Shown: positions 43,077 through 55,399, counted from the stretch's first letter. The stretch is DNA of 64,000 bases from Coraliomargarita sp. (GCA_965216325.1 OZ244160.1:1728001-1792000); one strand, 5' to 3'. Translations and numbers: made by a program. The notes: generated by a model from the sequence alone, not told the origin.

Positions 43077-44243
43077 CTAACTCCGCCTCAAGAAATCATC
43101 GAAGAGCGGCACCGTAAACGCTAGCTGCCCATATTTTGGGCTATAGATCATGCCCTTATGAATAAGCTTGGCTCGGCGTGGACTGAGGCTTTTCGGTTGG
43201 ACCTGCATCGCTTTGGCAATCTCAGTCATCCGATACGGCCCTGAGCCCAGACGCGCCATCGCGAAGAGAAAGGCCTTTTCGCTATTCGCCAATCGATCGA
43301 AACGCACGCGAAAGAAGTTTTCATCCAGTCGTTTGAGCGCCTGCGCACGCGCCTGCTCCACATCGTTCAATGTGATCGGTGACGCCTCTGCCACATTCCA
43401 TGACATATAGCCCAGCTCTTGAATGAAGTAGGGGTAGCCGCGGGTCAGCTCGACGATGGCTTGCACCGCATCGGGCTCAATCGCTGCGCCTTCTTCCTGA
43501 ATCGGTAGTTCTATTGCCTTGGCGGCATCCTCCGGTTCCAGCGCGGCGATAATCGGAAACTGAAACAGTCGCTCGGCATAGCTTTTCGAATTACCCGCCA
43601 AACGAGGCAGAATCGGCAAGCCCGCACCGATCAGCACTAGCGGCAAGCAGCGCTGCTGCATGCGGTGCATCGCCATAATCAGCGCACTGAGTTCCTTTTC
43701 ATTAAAATACTGGAGTTCATCAATCAGCAGCACGACCTCGACACCGCGCTCCTTCGCAGCCTTTGCAACGACTTCCAAAAGATCCGGCAAATCGAGCTCC
43801 AAATCACCCGAGTCCGCAGTGCCTGCTTCCGGCTCAATATCCAAACCGATCGGCATCTCATCGACCGTGAGCTTCACAGAGCGAATAAAACTCTTCAGCA
43901 CCGCCAAGCCACGACGGATCTGCAACTTCGCACCCTCCATCCGATCCAGCTTGTGTAACAACGCACGCAAATGCGGGGCGAGTAGCACCGCCAAGGATTT
44001 ATCCTCATGCGCTTCGATGAAAATGGTCCGGCACTCTGCCGCTTCCGCTAAATCCATCATTCGATTCAACAGCACCGTTTTGCCCACACCACGTAGGCCG
44101 GTCAGCAGCAGGCTTTTTTCCGCCCGCCCCTGCTGCACTCGCGCAAACAAAACCTGCGCATCCTCCAAGATGCTCTCACGACCAACCAATTCGGGGGGCT
44201 GTGAACCAGCGCCAGGAGAAAAGGGGTTGCGAATCTTATCCAT
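43077..44243 (-). CDS. Stand-alone AAA-family ATPase with probable C-terminal winged helix
   Basis: NPFSPGAG..P..LVGRE, Walker A GLRGVGKT, Walker B LLIDELQ, GYPYFIQ, RAKLIHKGMIY, FTVPLF. Confidence 0.85.
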   Translation of the reverse strand: MDKIRNPFSPGAGSQPPELVGRESILEDAQVLFARVQQGRAEKSLLLTGLRGVGKTVLLNRMMDLAEAAECRTIFIEAHEDKSLAVLLAPHLRALLHKLDRMEGAKLQIRRGLAVLKSFIRSVKLTVDEMPIGLDIEPEAGTADSGDLELDLPDLLEVVAKAAKERGVEVVLLIDELQYFNEKELSALIMAMHRMQQRCLPLVLIGAGLPILPRLAGNSKSYAERLFQFPIIAALEPEDAAKAIELPIQEEGAAIEPDAVQAIVELTRGYPYFIQELGYMSWNVAEASPITLNDVEQARAQALKRLDENFFRVRFDRLANSEKAFLFAMARLGSGPYRMTEIAKAMQVQPKSLSPRRAKLIHKGMIYSPKYGQLAFTVPLFDDFLRRS

Positions 44244-44258
44244 CGATACGACTGAGCC

Positions 44259-44408
44259 CTACCAAAACCTACCAAAATGCCAATAGTTTTTAATAGAATT
44301 TGGTAGAAATTTATAGCTGAGAACGGGCTTCAAATTAAAGCGACTCAAGGCTGCCAACAACTACACAGAACTACCAATGTTTTATTAGATTTAAGTAGTA
44401 TTGAATAG
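44259..44408. repeat. Two palindromic arrays of 10-bp-phased repeats upstream of the ATPase
   Basis: CTA/CTG at 44259, 44269 and 44351, 44361, 44371; TAG ending at 44296, 44306, 44316 and 44388, 44398, 44408. Confidence 0.65.
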
Positions 44409-44435
44409 AAGCATGCCCCAGCCGTAGCGTAAAAG

Positions 44436-47069
44436 CTACATCGCATCAAGATCGACCATGATCTCGCGTGGGCTGGAGCCATTTTCGGGACCAACGATAC
44501 CGCGTTCTTCGAGCTCTTCCATTAGGCGGGCTGCACGGTTGTAGCCGATGCGCAGGCGCCGCTGCAGCATGGAGGTGGAAGCGCGCTTCGTGCTACGCAG
44601 CACATCGATTGCGTCACCAAGTAGTTCGTCGCCACCCTCAGCTCCGCCGGCACCACCACCGCCTTCGTCGCCTCCGGCGTCGATTTGGTTTTGGATTTCT
44701 TCGGCAAAGTTTGGCGGATCGTTGTGTTCCTTGAGATAGTCGACCACGCCATTGATTTCGTCATCCGAGACGAAGGCACCCTGCGCACGCACCAAGTTCG
44801 AGGTGCCTGGCGGAATGAAGAGCATGTCACCCTTACCGATGAGGGCTTCCGCGCCACCACCATCGAGAATCGTGCGGGAGTCCACCTTGGAGGCGACCTT
44901 GAAGGAGATACGGCTCGGCAAGTTGGCCTTAATCACACCGGTGATGACGTTCACCGATGGACGCTGCGTTGCGAGGATCAGGTGAATACCTGCCGCACGC
45001 GCAAGCTGGGCGAGGCGAGCGATACCCGTCTCGATATCGGCCGGTGCCACCATCATTAGGTCGGCGAGCTCGTCGATAATACAGACGATATAAGGCAGCT
45101 TCTTGCGTGGAATTTCGAACGCATCGTCATCACGCGGCACTTCCATCTTGCTCACCGCAGCGCGCTCTTCCGGGGTCATCTCGGCGTTAAGCTCGGCTTC
45201 CATTTCGGCTGCCTTCTCCTTCTCTGCCTTGGTCTTGGCAATCTTGGCATTGAAACCGGCGATATTACGGACGTTCTCGGTAGCAAAAATTTGGTAGCGG
45301 CGCTCCATCTCGGCAATCAGCCACTTGAGTGCGCCAGGCACCTTCTTCGCCTCCGTCACCACTGGAATCAGCATGTGCGGCAGCGCATTATACATCTGCA
45401 TTTCGACCACTTTCGGGTCGACCATGATAAAGCGAATGTCTTCAGGTCCGGAGTGATACAGTAGCGAGGCAATGATCGCATTGATACAGACGGTCTTACC
45501 GGAACCGGTGGAACCGGCGATCAAAACGTGCGGCATCTTGGTCAGGTCGGTGACCATTGGCTTACCGGTCACATCCTTACCGAGCACGATTGGAATCTCT
45601 GCATTGGCGTCGGCCCATGCTCTGGACTCGACGATGTCACGCATACAGACGGCCTGTGCGATCTTATTCGGCACCTCAATACCGACCGTGCCCTTACCCG
45701 GAACGGGCGCGAGAATACGAACGGACATCGCCTTCAAGCCGAGGGCAATGTTCTTGTCGAGATTGACGATCTTCTCAACACGCACACCTGGCGCAGGCTT
45801 CACCTCATAGCGAGTGATCACCGGACCTGTGTGGATCTCTCCCGGGATGACTTTCACCCCGAATTCTTCAAGCGTGCGAACCAAGGCCTCCATGGTTTCC
45901 GCATGGTCCTCCGGCGACTCGTGCGACATATCCGGTGCTTCAGACAGAAGATTGATCGGTGGGAATTTGTAATCGCCGCGCTGTTCAGGAATCGTGGCCG
46001 CTGCCTTTTCGGTCTTTTCACCGGAAATGATCTTAATCGTCGCGGGATCGAGCTTTGGCTTGGCCGGTGCCGGCTCTTCAACCACCTCAGGCTCTGGCTC
46101 GGGCGTCTCAACCGGTGGCTCCGGCTCATCCATCAGCGGCTTGGCTGGCTTTTTCTTTTTCGAGTTCGCGGCAGCCTTTTTGGCAAGCTTCTCATCCGCA
46201 CGCTTAAGCCCCGGAGGCGGACCCACCGGTGCCTTCAACAAAGATGGGCGTGAATCGCCCTCATCCTGATCATCGATTGCATCGTCAGGCTCCTGCTCTT
46301 CCAGCTCAGGCTTTTCGGCCTTAGCTGCTTTGCGGTCAGCCTTAGCCTGTGCTTTGGCTTCGGCACGTTCACGCTTGGCCTCGATCTTCGCCAAGCGTTT
46401 GGCTTCGGCACGCTCAGCCTTGAGCTTTTTGCGCTCCTCCTTCGACGCAGAGCGATCGGCGACGAGCTTATGGTAACTGTTCTGCAGGTGGTCGAGTAGT
46501 GCGCCTAGATTATCCGAGAAAATAACAATCGATCCGAGCATGAAGCCCATCAGTAAGAGCATGAAGCTACCGAAAGAGCCAATGATCGGTTCCATATTTT
46601 GCGCCACAAATGCACCAAAGATGCCCCCGACACCTTCCATCAGCTGGTGCTCAAACATGCCGCCTTCCATTTTCATCGTCCCAGTCGACTGTAACATCGC
46701 GGCCAAACCGGACGCACAGAGCACCGAGGCCATTATGGCCAATATCGTAACTAAGCGCTTCTTATGCGGCTGTTGGAGAAGAAAGCGAATCCCCAGCCAA
46801 AAGATAAAGACCGGGCAGAGCCAAGTCGCGACACCGAAGACATAAAAGGCCCAGAAACTGCCCTCCGCACCAATCCAACCGACCAAATTCGCCTCCGGCT
46901 CCGTCTGCACCTGCATGGACTGGCTCTTCTCAAAGTCCCAAATGGCGACAAAGCAGCAGACCGCGATGAAAAACAAGAACAACGCGGTAACTGGTCTGGA
47001 GGGTGCTTTGCGGGGCTGCTGAGATACAACCTTTTTACGGGTCGCTCGCTTCTTCTTTGGTCTCGCCAT
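44436..47069 (-). CDS. ftsK: DNA translocase FtsK
   Basis: N-terminal TM domain, GPVITRYE, PHVLIAGSTGSGKT, IIDELADLM, ATQRPSV, gamma domain SMLQRRLRIGYNRAAR. Confidence 0.97.
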   Translation of the reverse strand: MARPKKKRATRKKVVSQQPRKAPSRPVTALFLFFIAVCCFVAIWDFEKSQSMQVQTEPEANLVGWIGAEGSFWAFYVFGVATWLCPVFIFWLGIRFLLQQPHKKRLVTILAIMASVLCASGLAAMLQSTGTMKMEGGMFEHQLMEGVGGIFGAFVAQNMEPIIGSFGSFMLLLMGFMLGSIVIFSDNLGALLDHLQNSYHKLVADRSASKEERKKLKAERAEAKRLAKIEAKRERAEAKAQAKADRKAAKAEKPELEEQEPDDAIDDQDEGDSRPSLLKAPVGPPPGLKRADEKLAKKAAANSKKKKPAKPLMDEPEPPVETPEPEPEVVEEPAPAKPKLDPATIKIISGEKTEKAAATIPEQRGDYKFPPINLLSEAPDMSHESPEDHAETMEALVRTLEEFGVKVIPGEIHTGPVITRYEVKPAPGVRVEKIVNLDKNIALGLKAMSVRILAPVPGKGTVGIEVPNKIAQAVCMRDIVESRAWADANAEIPIVLGKDVTGKPMVTDLTKMPHVLIAGSTGSGKTVCINAIIASLLYHSGPEDIRFIMVDPKVVEMQMYNALPHMLIPVVTEAKKVPGALKWLIAEMERRYQIFATENVRNIAGFNAKIAKTKAEKEKAAEMEAELNAEMTPEERAAVSKMEVPRDDDAFEIPRKKLPYIVCIIDELADLMMVAPADIETGIARLAQLARAAGIHLILATQRPSVNVITGVIKANLPSRISFKVASKVDSRTILDGGGAEALIGKGDMLFIPPGTSNLVRAQGAFVSDDEINGVVDYLKEHNDPPNFAEEIQNQIDAGGDEGGGGAGGAEGGDELLGDAIDVLRSTKRASTSMLQRRLRIGYNRAARLMEELEERGIVGPENGSSPREIMVDLDAM

Positions 47070-47323
47070 GGATTCGTCTTAAAAATAGCTGAAACAAGAG
47101 GTAAAACAAGATTCGATTCGATCCCGCAACCCCGAAAAACAAGGGGATCGCAGGAATTTGTATGGGGTAGCAACAAACTACGCAAAAGACGCAGACAATC
47201 CTGAGGCGGAGACCTGATATGACTGCGGCCTTGAATTCTTAAAATTTTTGCCCACACTGCCGCGCTCACTTTTGAAACAGATCGGCTCCTTTGCGGTCTG
47301 TGGATCAACATTTTATAAAAAAC

Positions 47324-47911
47324 ATGACAGACAAGAAGACAGAAACCTCCGAAGAAGTGGAAGCCAAGACCAATGACGAAGCAGAAGCCGTCGTTGAAGA
47401 AACACCTGAGGTCGTCGAAGAGCAGGCCAACGAGCCTGTGCTGACCGATCTTGAGAAGGCACAAGCCGAAGCTGCTGAAATGAAGAGCCGCTACCTACGC
47501 TCGGTAGCCGACATGGAAAACTACCGCAAGCGCATCGGCCGCGAAAAGCAGGACATTATCCGTAGTGCGGCTGCAGGCGTGATCGAATCACTTCTGCCCG
47601 TCCTCGACAACATGAAGCTTGGCCTGCAAGCCGCGGACAACCATCCAGAAGCTAAGGATGTAACCATCGGCTTTAAGATGGTCGACGATCAGCTCAAGAA
47701 GACGCTTTCCGAGCAAGGCCTCGAAGAACTGATCCCGGACGGCGAGATCTTCGACCCGAACCTCCACGAGTGCATCGCGCACCAGCCTTCCGACGACGTC
47801 GAAGAGGACAAGGTGATCCAAACCGTGCGTGCGGGCTACCGTCTGAACGAGCGCCTCATCCGTGCAGCGAACGTAATCGTCTCCAGCGGCCCAGCCAAGG
47901 AAGACGCTTAA
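47324..47911 (+). CDS. grpE: Nucleotide exchange factor GrpE
   Basis: [40 protein letters not shown]. Confidence 0.97.
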   Translation: MTDKKTETSEEVEAKTNDEAEAVVEETPEVVEEQANEPVLTDLEKAQAEAAEMKSRYLRSVADMENYRKRIGREKQDIIRSAAAGVIESLLPVLDNMKLGLQAADNHPEAKDVTIGFKMVDDQLKKTLSEQGLEELIPDGEIFDPNLHECIAHQPSDDVEEDKVIQTVRAGYRLNERLIRAANVIVSSGPAKEDA

Positions 47912-47994
47912 CCATACTATTTCAGATGTCAGAAGACAGAGCTCACTCTAATTCAGCTTCTAACTACTGACTCCTAACTTCTCTTTTAAGGATA

Positions 47995-49146
47995 ATGTCC
48001 AAAGCCGATTACTACGAAACCCTGGGAGTCTCCCGCGATGCAACTGCGGATGAGATGAAAAAGGCCTACCGCAAGCTCGCGGTGAAATACCACCCGGACA
48101 AAAACCCGGGCGACCAAGCTGCCGAGGCCAAGTTCAAGGAAATCTCCGAAGCCTACGACATCCTCAAGGACGAGGAGAAGCGTGCAGCGTATGATCGCTA
48201 CGGTCACGCAGCCTTCCAAGGCGGCATGGGTGGACGTGGAGCCGGCGGCGGCTTTAGTGGACACGACCCATTTGATATCTTCCGCGAAGCCTTCGGTGGT
48301 CGCGGTGGTGGCGGTGGCGGCATCTTCGAAGAGTTCTTCGGTGGAGGCGGCGGTGGTGGCGCAGGCGGCGCCCAACACGGCTCGGATCTACGCTACGACC
48401 TGGAGATCACCCTTGAGGAAGCCTCCAAGGGCACCGAGAAGGAGATTCGCTACAAGCGCGCAACCAGCTGTAAAAAGTGCAGTGGCTCCGGCGCCGAGCC
48501 AGGCTCCAAGAAAGTGACCTGCCAAACCTGTGGCGGTGTGGGCCAAGTCAGTTCAAACCGCGGTTTCATCAGCTTCCGCCAAGTGTGCCCAACCTGTCAG
48601 GGTGCGGGCCAACAAATTGAAAAGCCCTGCACCGAGTGCCGTGGCGAAGGCCGCGTTATGGAAACCAGCACGGTCAAAGTGCGTATTCCAGCCGGTGTCC
48701 ACACTGGCTCCAAGCTCCGCTCTGCGGGCAAGGGCGAAGCCGGCCACATGGGCGGTCAAGCAGGCGACCTCTACATCATCATTCACGTCAAGGAGCACGA
48801 GCTGTTCGAGCGCCACGACGATGACCTGTTCTGTGAAATCCCCATCAAGTTCACCCTCGCAGCGCTCGGTGGTGCTATCGATGTGCCCACTTTGTTTGGC
48901 AAGGGTAGCCTGAAGATTCCATCCGGCACCCAAAGTGGCACAACCTTCCGCCTGCGTGGACAGGGCATGCCTCACCTGCGTGGTAACGGCAAGGGCGACA
49001 TGCTCGTGCGCGTTCACGTCGAAGTGCCAACCAAACTCAACAGCGACCAAAAGGCCAAGCTGGAGGAATACGCCGAAGCCTGTGGCGATCCCTCCAACCC
49101 GGTGAGCGAGTCCTTTGTCGAGAAGGCCAAGAAGTTCTTCAAGTAA
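47995..49146 (+). CDS. dnaJ: Chaperone DnaJ
   Basis: J domain with HPD, G/F-rich region, four CxxCxGxG repeats. Confidence 0.98.
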   Translation: MSKADYYETLGVSRDATADEMKKAYRKLAVKYHPDKNPGDQAAEAKFKEISEAYDILKDEEKRAAYDRYGHAAFQGGMGGRGAGGGFSGHDPFDIFREAFGGRGGGGGGIFEEFFGGGGGGGAGGAQHGSDLRYDLEITLEEASKGTEKEIRYKRATSCKKCSGSGAEPGSKKVTCQTCGGVGQVSSNRGFISFRQVCPTCQGAGQQIEKPCTECRGEGRVMETSTVKVRIPAGVHTGSKLRSAGKGEAGHMGGQAGDLYIIIHVKEHELFERHDDDLFCEIPIKFTLAALGGAIDVPTLFGKGSLKIPSGTQSGTTFRLRGQGMPHLRGNGKGDMLVRVHVEVPTKLNSDQKAKLEEYAEACGDPSNPVSESFVEKAKKFFK

Positions 49147-49173
49147 TTCACCATCACTTTAATTTCACTTACT

Positions 49174-49770
49174 GTGGCTTATCCAATCGTCATTCTCGGC
49201 TCCGGCCGCGGCAGCAACGCCGAGGCTCTGTTAAAGGCTGAAGCATCCAAGAAGCTCGGCGCTGCGAGCATTGCCGCAGTCATCAGTGACAATGAGGAGG
49301 CGGGTATTCTCGCCCTGGGGCAGAAGTTCAAAGTGCCGGCGATCTACATCGATCCTCAGCGCAAGGGTGGATATCTCTCAGAAGAAGCCGAGCAGGCCTA
49401 CATTGAGCGCATCGAAAAGTTCTCGCCCAAGCTCATCGTGCTGGCTGGCTTCATGCGCATCCTGCGTGCACCTTTCATCGAGGCCTTCGGCGGGCGTGTG
49501 ATCAACTTGCACCCAAGCCTGCTTCCAAGCTTTAAGGGAGCGAATGGGATCCAAGACGCCTTCGACTACGGAGTGAAGGTCACTGGCTGCACCGTGCACT
49601 GGGTCACTCCGGCACTCGATGCTGGACCGATCGTCGACCAGAAGGAAGTGCGCATCGACGACTCGGACAGTGTCGAAATGCTCGCCAAGAAGGTCCACAT
49701 TGCGGAGCATCAACTACTCCCCGATGTGGTCGCACGCCTCAGTAAGGGCAAAATCAAAGAGCCAAAGTAG
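49174..49770 (+). CDS. purN: Phosphoribosylglycinamide formyltransferase
   Basis: [39 protein letters not shown]. Confidence 0.96.
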   Translation: MAYPIVILGSGRGSNAEALLKAEASKKLGAASIAAVISDNEEAGILALGQKFKVPAIYIDPQRKGGYLSEEAEQAYIERIEKFSPKLIVLAGFMRILRAPFIEAFGGRVINLHPSLLPSFKGANGIQDAFDYGVKVTGCTVHWVTPALDAGPIVDQKEVRIDDSDSVEMLAKKVHIAEHQLLPDVVARLSKGKIKEPK

Positions 49771-49826
49771 TACAGGCTTCCAGCCTGTTTCCTATAGTTG
49801 ATCAACAGGCGAGACGCCGGTTCTAC
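49767..49826. repeat. REPIN-like inverted pair
   Basis: GTAGTACAGGCTTCCAGCCTGT ... ACAGGCGAGACGCCGGTTCTAC; the GTAG contains the purN stop. Confidence 0.8.
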
Positions 49827-49829
49827 GAC

Positions 49830-50831
49830 TTACCGACTCAACACGATCCGATAGCGCGCCTTGCCACTGTGTAAGTGCTCCATCGCCTCGTTGACCTCTT
49901 CAAATTTGAAGTGCTCGGTCACTGGCTTGAGCTCATGCAACACCGCAAAGTCCAACATCTTTGCGATAGTTGCCGGACTGCCAACCGGTGAGCTTGAGAC
50001 ACTGAGCTGCCCAAACAGCATCGGCATCAAACTCAGGTCCAACGGATCAACAGTCACCCCGAGGAAGTGCAGTCGGCCTTTGGGCTTAAGTGTATTCAGA
50101 TAGGCATTCCAATCCAGCTTCACGTTTACCGTGGACAGAATCATGTCGAAACTGTGCGCGGCAGCTTCGAGTTCAGCCGGATCGCGAGAATTCAGCGTTT
50201 TGTGTGCCCCCAACTCCAGTGCTTCCGTGCGCTTTGCTTCACTAGAGGTAAAGGCGGTGACCTCACAACCCCAGGCATTCAGGAAGCCCAAAGCAATATG
50301 CCCAAGGCCACCGATCCCGATCACTGCAACTTTTGAAGTCGGCTTGATATCGAACTGTATCAGTGGGTTAAATACCGTAATCCCACCACAGAACAAGGGT
50401 CCCGCCGATGGAACATCGATCCCCTCTGGCAGTGGAATCGCACTCATTGCCTGCGCACGCACCTTATCCGCAAAGCCTCCATGGTTACCGACAATGGTTT
50501 GTTGGGGGCTAACGCACAGATTATGGTCCCCATCCAAACAGGACGGGCAGGTCTGGCAGTAGCCCGAATGCCAACCAAGTCCAACACGCTGCCCAACTTG
50601 TAGGTGAGTGACATCTTCACCAAGAGCTCCAATGGTGCCCACAACCTCGTGACCTGGGACAAATGGATAGGTGGTGATCCCCCAATCGTTGTTGATCATG
50701 CTGAGATCACTGTGACAGATACCACAGTGCTCGACATTGATCTCCACTTGATCCCGCCCGAGTGGTCCGGGGTCATATTCAAAGGGTTCCAGTTTTCCAC
50801 CGGGCTCGTGTGCTGCGTAGGCTTTGATCAT
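49830..50831 (-). CDS. Zn-dependent NAD(P)H alcohol dehydrogenase / aldehyde reductase (Ahr/YjgB-like)
   Basis: [45 protein letters not shown]. Confidence 0.92.
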   Translation of the reverse strand: MIKAYAAHEPGGKLEPFEYDPGPLGRDQVEINVEHCGICHSDLSMINNDWGITTYPFVPGHEVVGTIGALGEDVTHLQVGQRVGLGWHSGYCQTCPSCLDGDHNLCVSPQQTIVGNHGGFADKVRAQAMSAIPLPEGIDVPSAGPLFCGGITVFNPLIQFDIKPTSKVAVIGIGGLGHIALGFLNAWGCEVTAFTSSEAKRTEALELGAHKTLNSRDPAELEAAAHSFDMILSTVNVKLDWNAYLNTLKPKGRLHFLGVTVDPLDLSLMPMLFGQLSVSSSPVGSPATIAKMLDFAVLHELKPVTEHFKFEEVNEAMEHLHSGKARYRIVLSR

Positions 50832-50849
50832 GATCTTTGGAGTTAATGG

Positions 50850-51377
50850 TTATTGTCCGTAGGTGCCGCGAATCGGGTAGTCGTTCTCCTGAATCCAAAT
50901 GACTGTATCGAGCAATTCGACTAGATCGGAGCGGTTAAAGGGTGTGTTGGATTGGTCAATCAGCTGAATCTTACCGTCCGTATTAATCGCGAAGAGTGCC
51001 GGTTCCGCGAAGGGGCGGTCCGTTTCGTCATCCGAACGCGGCTCTGAAATCCAGAGCCCCAGTGATTGCATTTGCTCGATACTCAAACCATAGGCCACTT
51101 GGAGGCTTAATCCCTCCTGCTCGACCATCGCTGTAGCCCGTTCCTCAGGATCGCCCGATGCCACGATGATCTCAGCCTTAGCGTCGAGGAAGTCGGCCTT
51201 CAGTGAGTCCAACTTCTTCAGATATTGATGACAAATCGGGCAGTGTAAGCCGCGATAGATAAACACCAGACGCCAATTTAAAGCATGGTCCGCCTGGCCC
51301 AGTGTGGCTTCTCCCCCGCCAACGAGCGGAAGTGTGATTTCAGGGAGCGTTCCACCGGACGGTAACTTGCTGGTCAT
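50850..51377 (-). CDS. Peroxiredoxin-like AhpC/TSA redoxin
   Basis: YRGLHCPIC and [10 protein letters not shown] at 51377 chosen as start. Confidence 0.85.
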   Translation of the reverse strand: MTSKLPSGGTLPEITLPLVGGGEATLGQADHALNWRLVFIYRGLHCPICHQYLKKLDSLKADFLDAKAEIIVASGDPEERATAMVEQEGLSLQVAYGLSIEQMQSLGLWISEPRSDDETDRPFAEPALFAINTDGKIQLIDQSNTPFNRSDLVELLDTVIWIQENDYPIRGTYGQ

Positions 51378-51481
51378 GCATCTGAAGCTTAAGAGCCGTC
51401 CATCCACTGTCAAAAAAACAACCCATTTTAGTCGAAAGCCCCGCTTGATCCCCAAGGTCGAGACTGTATACATCAGCCCAT

Positions 51482-52378
51482 ATGAGCACTCAATTTGAAC
51501 TTCGCGCCATCGTGCCTTCCGAACTCGCCGACGAGTTGGAAGCTTACTTCTTTGAAACCGAGACTGCCCACTGGGGCGTGATGCAGAAGGAGCGCGGCGA
51601 TCCCTACGAAGTATTCGGCTTCTTCCCGGACGAAGCAACCGCCGACAAGGAACTCGAAATCCTACGCGCAGAGTTCAAGGACCTACCCGAGGACTTTGAG
51701 CTCACCACCATTCACGACGAAGATTGGCAGAACGCCTACAAGGAATTCGTAAAGCCTTGGAACGATCGTCAACTTCACTGGATCCCACTCTGGGAGCGTG
51801 AAAACATCACTCCCCCCGAGGGCTCCACAGTGGTTTACCTTGATGCCGGCATGGCCTTCGGCACGGGTGCTCACGAAACGACACGCCTCTGCGCCCGCCG
51901 TCTGCTTGACTACCTTGACGCCAACCCCGACAAGACCGAGACCATCGAGCTGGTCGATGCCGGCTGCGGCTCTGGCATTTTGGCACTTTCCGCATCGGGC
52001 CTCGGCTTCAAAAACGTGCGAGGCTTCGACTTCGATCCGCTGGCCATTGAAGTCTGCGCAACCAACCTCATTGAAAATAGCCATATACCAAAGGTAGCTT
52101 TCGAAGTCGCCGATTTGGAGCAGGGTCTCGTGGATCGCCCGCAAGTTGAACTGATGCTCGCCAACATCCAGACCGATGTGCTCATCCCGCACTCCGATCC
52201 AATCGTGATGGCAATCAAAGACGGCGGCACGCTTGCACTCAGCGGCATCCTCACCAAGGAACTCGATCAAGTGCGCGATCACTACAAGGCTCGCTTCGCT
52301 GACCTGCGTGGCGTCGACGTCAAAATTGACAGCCGTGAAGATGGCGAATGGGCCGACCTATTGATCGAGCTAAGCTAA
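51482..52378 (+). CDS. prmA: Ribosomal protein L11 methyltransferase
   Basis: [39 protein letters not shown]. Confidence 0.93.
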   Translation: MSTQFELRAIVPSELADELEAYFFETETAHWGVMQKERGDPYEVFGFFPDEATADKELEILRAEFKDLPEDFELTTIHDEDWQNAYKEFVKPWNDRQLHWIPLWERENITPPEGSTVVYLDAGMAFGTGAHETTRLCARRLLDYLDANPDKTETIELVDAGCGSGILALSASGLGFKNVRGFDFDPLAIEVCATNLIENSHIPKVAFEVADLEQGLVDRPQVELMLANIQTDVLIPHSDPIVMAIKDGGTLALSGILTKELDQVRDHYKARFADLRGVDVKIDSREDGEWADLLIELS

Positions 52379-52443
52379 GTCACTGTCACCGCGCGATTCA
52401 TGCTTGCGGTTGCAATTAAAGGACTTCAGAAAATCTAACATAC

Positions 52444-53286
52444 ATGACCATTGGGGAACGACTAGAAGAAGCACGTAAACGTAAGGGCATTTCTCTGCGC
52501 GAAGCCTCCGAGGCCACCAAGATCCGCAGTGATTTCCTCGGTAGCATCGAGCAAAACAAGTTCGATTTCGACCTGCCCGACATTTACAAACGCGGCTTCA
52601 TCAAAAACTACGCACGTTACCTCAAGATCGATCCGGAAAAAGCTCTGACCGATTACAATGCGCAGATGCTGGGCGCTAACCGCCTGACCAAGAAGGCGGG
52701 TTCCGAATGGTTTGGAAAAATGGAGATCAAGTCTGCGGCTCAAGAACAAGCCGAAGCACTTGAAGATATTCCTGAGCGTCCAAGCTACGGCAGCATGAGT
52801 GCGCAGCCGAACAGCGACGAGGCTGCGGCAAACAATGGCGAGCCAGAGGAAGACAATGACAAGATCTTCTACATGAAGGCAGGTCTGATCTTCGTTGGCG
52901 TCATTGCTTTGGTCTTCGTGCTCTTCGGTCTCGTTAAGGCCATCCTTGGTAGCTCCGGTGATGATGAAGCGCCGCTCCGCGATGAAGCTGCGATCACAGC
53001 TCCGGTTGAAGCGCCGAGCGCTCCGGTTGAGACTCCTGAGCTTGCTCCGACAACCGATGATAGCGTCACTTTGATCGCCACTGGCACCGTCTATGTGATC
53101 GTGAAGCAGCGTGACAATGGTGAAGAAATCTACCGTGGCACGCTTGCAGCTGACCAAACTGTTCCTCTGAGCAAGCAAGGCCCAGTCGACATTCTATTTA
53201 CTGCGGGCGAAAATCTCGTGATTGAGAGTAACGGCGAGCGCATGCGTCCTAGCACAGCAGGCACCGCCAAGATTACTATTCCTTAG
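52444..53286 (+). CDS. rodZ: RodZ-like HTH membrane protein
   Basis: [16 protein letters not shown]...[17 protein letters not shown], single TM, C-terminal periplasmic domain. Confidence 0.8.
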   Translation: MTIGERLEEARKRKGISLREASEATKIRSDFLGSIEQNKFDFDLPDIYKRGFIKNYARYLKIDPEKALTDYNAQMLGANRLTKKAGSEWFGKMEIKSAAQEQAEALEDIPERPSYGSMSAQPNSDEAAANNGEPEEDNDKIFYMKAGLIFVGVIALVFVLFGLVKAILGSSGDDEAPLRDEAAITAPVEAPSAPVETPELAPTTDDSVTLIATGTVYVIVKQRDNGEEIYRGTLAADQTVPLSKQGPVDILFTAGENLVIESNGERMRPSTAGTAKITIP

Positions 53287-53295
53287 AATATGATC

Positions 53296-53399
53296 GCAGG
53301 GGCGCGTTGCTTGCCGTTTCGACTGGCTCACGGCCCCGAGTCTGTCAAGGGGCGACGCCCGCGGCCCTTCTAGTCGGGCGCGTCAAGTCGCACCCCTAC
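53296..53399. repeat. Degenerate REPIN overlapping the prmC 3' end
   Basis: GCAGGGGCGCG ... GGGCGCGTCAAGTCGCACCCCTAC; same right arm as the 37136 element. Confidence 0.7.
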
Positions 53400-54237
53400 A
53401 AACGAAAAAGAATCGCGGGCGCCCAGAGAGGTCCTCTTGGCTTTGACCATTCGTCAGACCTGCACTTTGGGCCAGTTCGGCAAGCACCTCGTGCTGCGCA
53501 ATACCGGTTTCGACGGCAAGCAAGCCGCCCGCATTCAGATAGCTCGGTGCCTCCGCGAAGATGATACGTAGATCGTCCAAGCCGTCTGCTCCGGAGACCA
53601 AGGCATTCTCTGGCTCATACTCAACCACTTCCGGCTCAGCAGTCGTCATTTCTGCTTCGGTCAGATAAGGCGGATTGGAAACGATCAAATCGAACTGCGC
53701 ACTCTCTGGCACTGAGCTAAACCAGCTGCCTTCAAGAAAGCGCACACGGCCCATGAGGCCAGTGCGTTCAGCGTTCTCCTGCGCGAGCGCCAAAGCGTCT
53801 GCACTGAGATCCACCGCCGTGACTTCAGCATCGGGATATTTGCTCGCCAAGGCCAGAGCGAGTGCACCCGTGCCGGTGCCCAGATCGAGAATGCGCCGCG
53901 GAGCCTCATCCAGCCGCGCACCAATATATTCGACCAACTCCTCGGTCTCTGGACGCGGAATCAGCGCGCGCGGGTCCACTTTTAAAGTGAGATCACAAAA
54001 CTCCACACTGCCGAGGATGTATTGCAGGGGCTCACGGTTGGCTCGGCGCTTTACCAAGGGACGCAGCGCATCGAGCTGCGCCTCAGTCAGCGGGCGCTCC
54101 AAATCCAAATACAACTCAAGTCGCTTCACTCCAAGGGAGTGGGCGATCAACAAGTCGGTATCCAGCTTCGCATTCGGCACCCCCTTTGATTCGAAGAAGC
54201 CAACCGTGCGCTGCTGAATGTCGCGGATACTTAGCAT
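53383..54237 (-). CDS. prmC: Release factor glutamine methyltransferase
   Basis: [31 protein letters not shown]. Confidence 0.97.
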   Translation of the reverse strand: MLSIRDIQQRTVGFFESKGVPNAKLDTDLLIAHSLGVKRLELYLDLERPLTEAQLDALRPLVKRRANREPLQYILGSVEFCDLTLKVDPRALIPRPETEELVEYIGARLDEAPRRILDLGTGTGALALALASKYPDAEVTAVDLSADALALAQENAERTGLMGRVRFLEGSWFSSVPESAQFDLIVSNPPYLTEAEMTTAEPEVVEYEPENALVSGADGLDDLRIIFAEAPSYLNAGGLLAVETGIAQHEVLAELAQSAGLTNGQSQEDLSGRPRFFFVCRGAT

Positions 54238-54245
54238 ATAAAAAC

Positions 54246-54308
54246 GTAGGGGCTTCGCTTGCGGAGCCCGATCAGAGCAGAAGCGGGCGTCGCAAGCAAG
54301 GCCACTAC
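54246..54308. repeat. REPIN-like inverted REP pair
   Basis: GTAGGGGCTTCGCTTGCGGAGCCC (identical to the 39278 arm) ... GGGCGTCGCAAGCAAGGCCACTAC. Confidence 0.85.
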
Positions 54309-54310
54309 CA

Positions 54311-55399
54311 TCAGGAAGACTGGGCCTTCAAGAGGTTTTCAATGCGCGCTTCGTAGTCCACATTGTGCAGACCATCGATCAGCTCATCGAGCCCACCATC
54401 AATCACACCGGGGAGGGAAAGATTCATCCCGATGCGGTGATCCGTCAGGCGACCCTGTGGATAATTGTAAGTGCGGATGCGTTCCGAGCGGTCACCAGTG
54501 CCGATTTGGCCCTTACGCTCGGCTGCATATTTGGCGTTTTCCTCGTCGACCTTCGCTTGCAGGAGACGCGAGCGCATAACCGTCAATGCCTTCGCACGGT
54601 TCTTAATCTGCGAACGTTCGTCCGCACAGTAAACAGTCACGCCAGTCGGCTTGTGCACCATCATCACTGCAGAGTCCGTGGTGTTCACGTGCTGACCGCC
54701 CGCACCCGATGCGCGCATGGTAGAGATCTCCAGATCGTTCGGGTTGATCTCAATGTCGACTTCTTCCGCTTCTGGAAGCACCGCCACCGTCGCGGTCGAG
54801 GTATGGATGCGACCTTGAGTCTCCGTCACTGGCACACGCTGCACACGGTGCACACCACTCTCAAACTTGAGGTGCTTGTAGGCGTCTTCACCACTGATGT
54901 TGAAAATGATTTCGCGGTAGCCGCCGGTTTCCGCCGGACTGGTGCTCATGACCTCGACACGCCAGCCCTTTGCCTCCGCATAGCGGCAATACATACGATA
55001 CAAGTCGCCGGCAAAGATATTGGCCTCGTCACCGCCCGCACCGCCGCGGATTTCCATCACCGAGTTACGGCTGTCGGTTGCATCGGGCGGCACCATCGCA
55101 CGCAGCACGGCAGTTTCCAAGTCATCCATCTGCCCCTTCAGCTCTTCAACTTCCTCGGCAGCCATTTCGCGCAGCTCCTCTTCGACCGAGCTATCTGCCA
55201 TCAAGGCTTCGTTTTCTTCGATCTGGGTTTGTGCACTGTGATAGGCTTCAAACTTCTCGATCAGACTGCTGATACGCTGGTGCTCACGCGAGACCTCAGC
55301 CGCCTTGCGCTGGTCGGAGTAAAAGTTCGGCTCGTTCATTTGCGCATCCAGCTCGGAGAGCTTGTCGCGGAAGGGAGCGATATCAGGAATCTTTGCCAT
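54311..55399 (-). CDS. prfA: Peptide chain release factor 1
   Basis: [18 protein letters not shown] (PxT), [21 protein letters not shown]; upstream of prmC. Confidence 0.97.
   Translation of the reverse strand: MAKIPDIAPFRDKLSELDAQMNEPNFYSDQRKAAEVSREHQRISSLIEKFEAYHSAQTQIEENEALMADSSVEEELREMAAEEVEELKGQMDDLETAVLRAMVPPDATDSRNSVMEIRGGAGGDEANIFAGDLYRMYCRYAEAKGWRVEVMSTSPAETGGYREIIFNISGEDAYKHLKFESGVHRVQRVPVTETQGRIHTSTATVAVLPEAEEVDIEINPNDLEISTMRASGAGGQHVNTTDSAVMMVHKPTGVTVYCADERSQIKNRAKALTVMRSRLLQAKVDEENAKYAAERKGQIGTGDRSERIRTYNYPQGRLTDHRIGMNLSLPGVIDGGLDELIDGLHNVDYEARIENLLKAQSS

Noticed and set aside
47070..47323. CIRCE element upstream of grpE-dnaJ
   Set aside because: No TTAGCACTC-N9-GAGTGCTAA found
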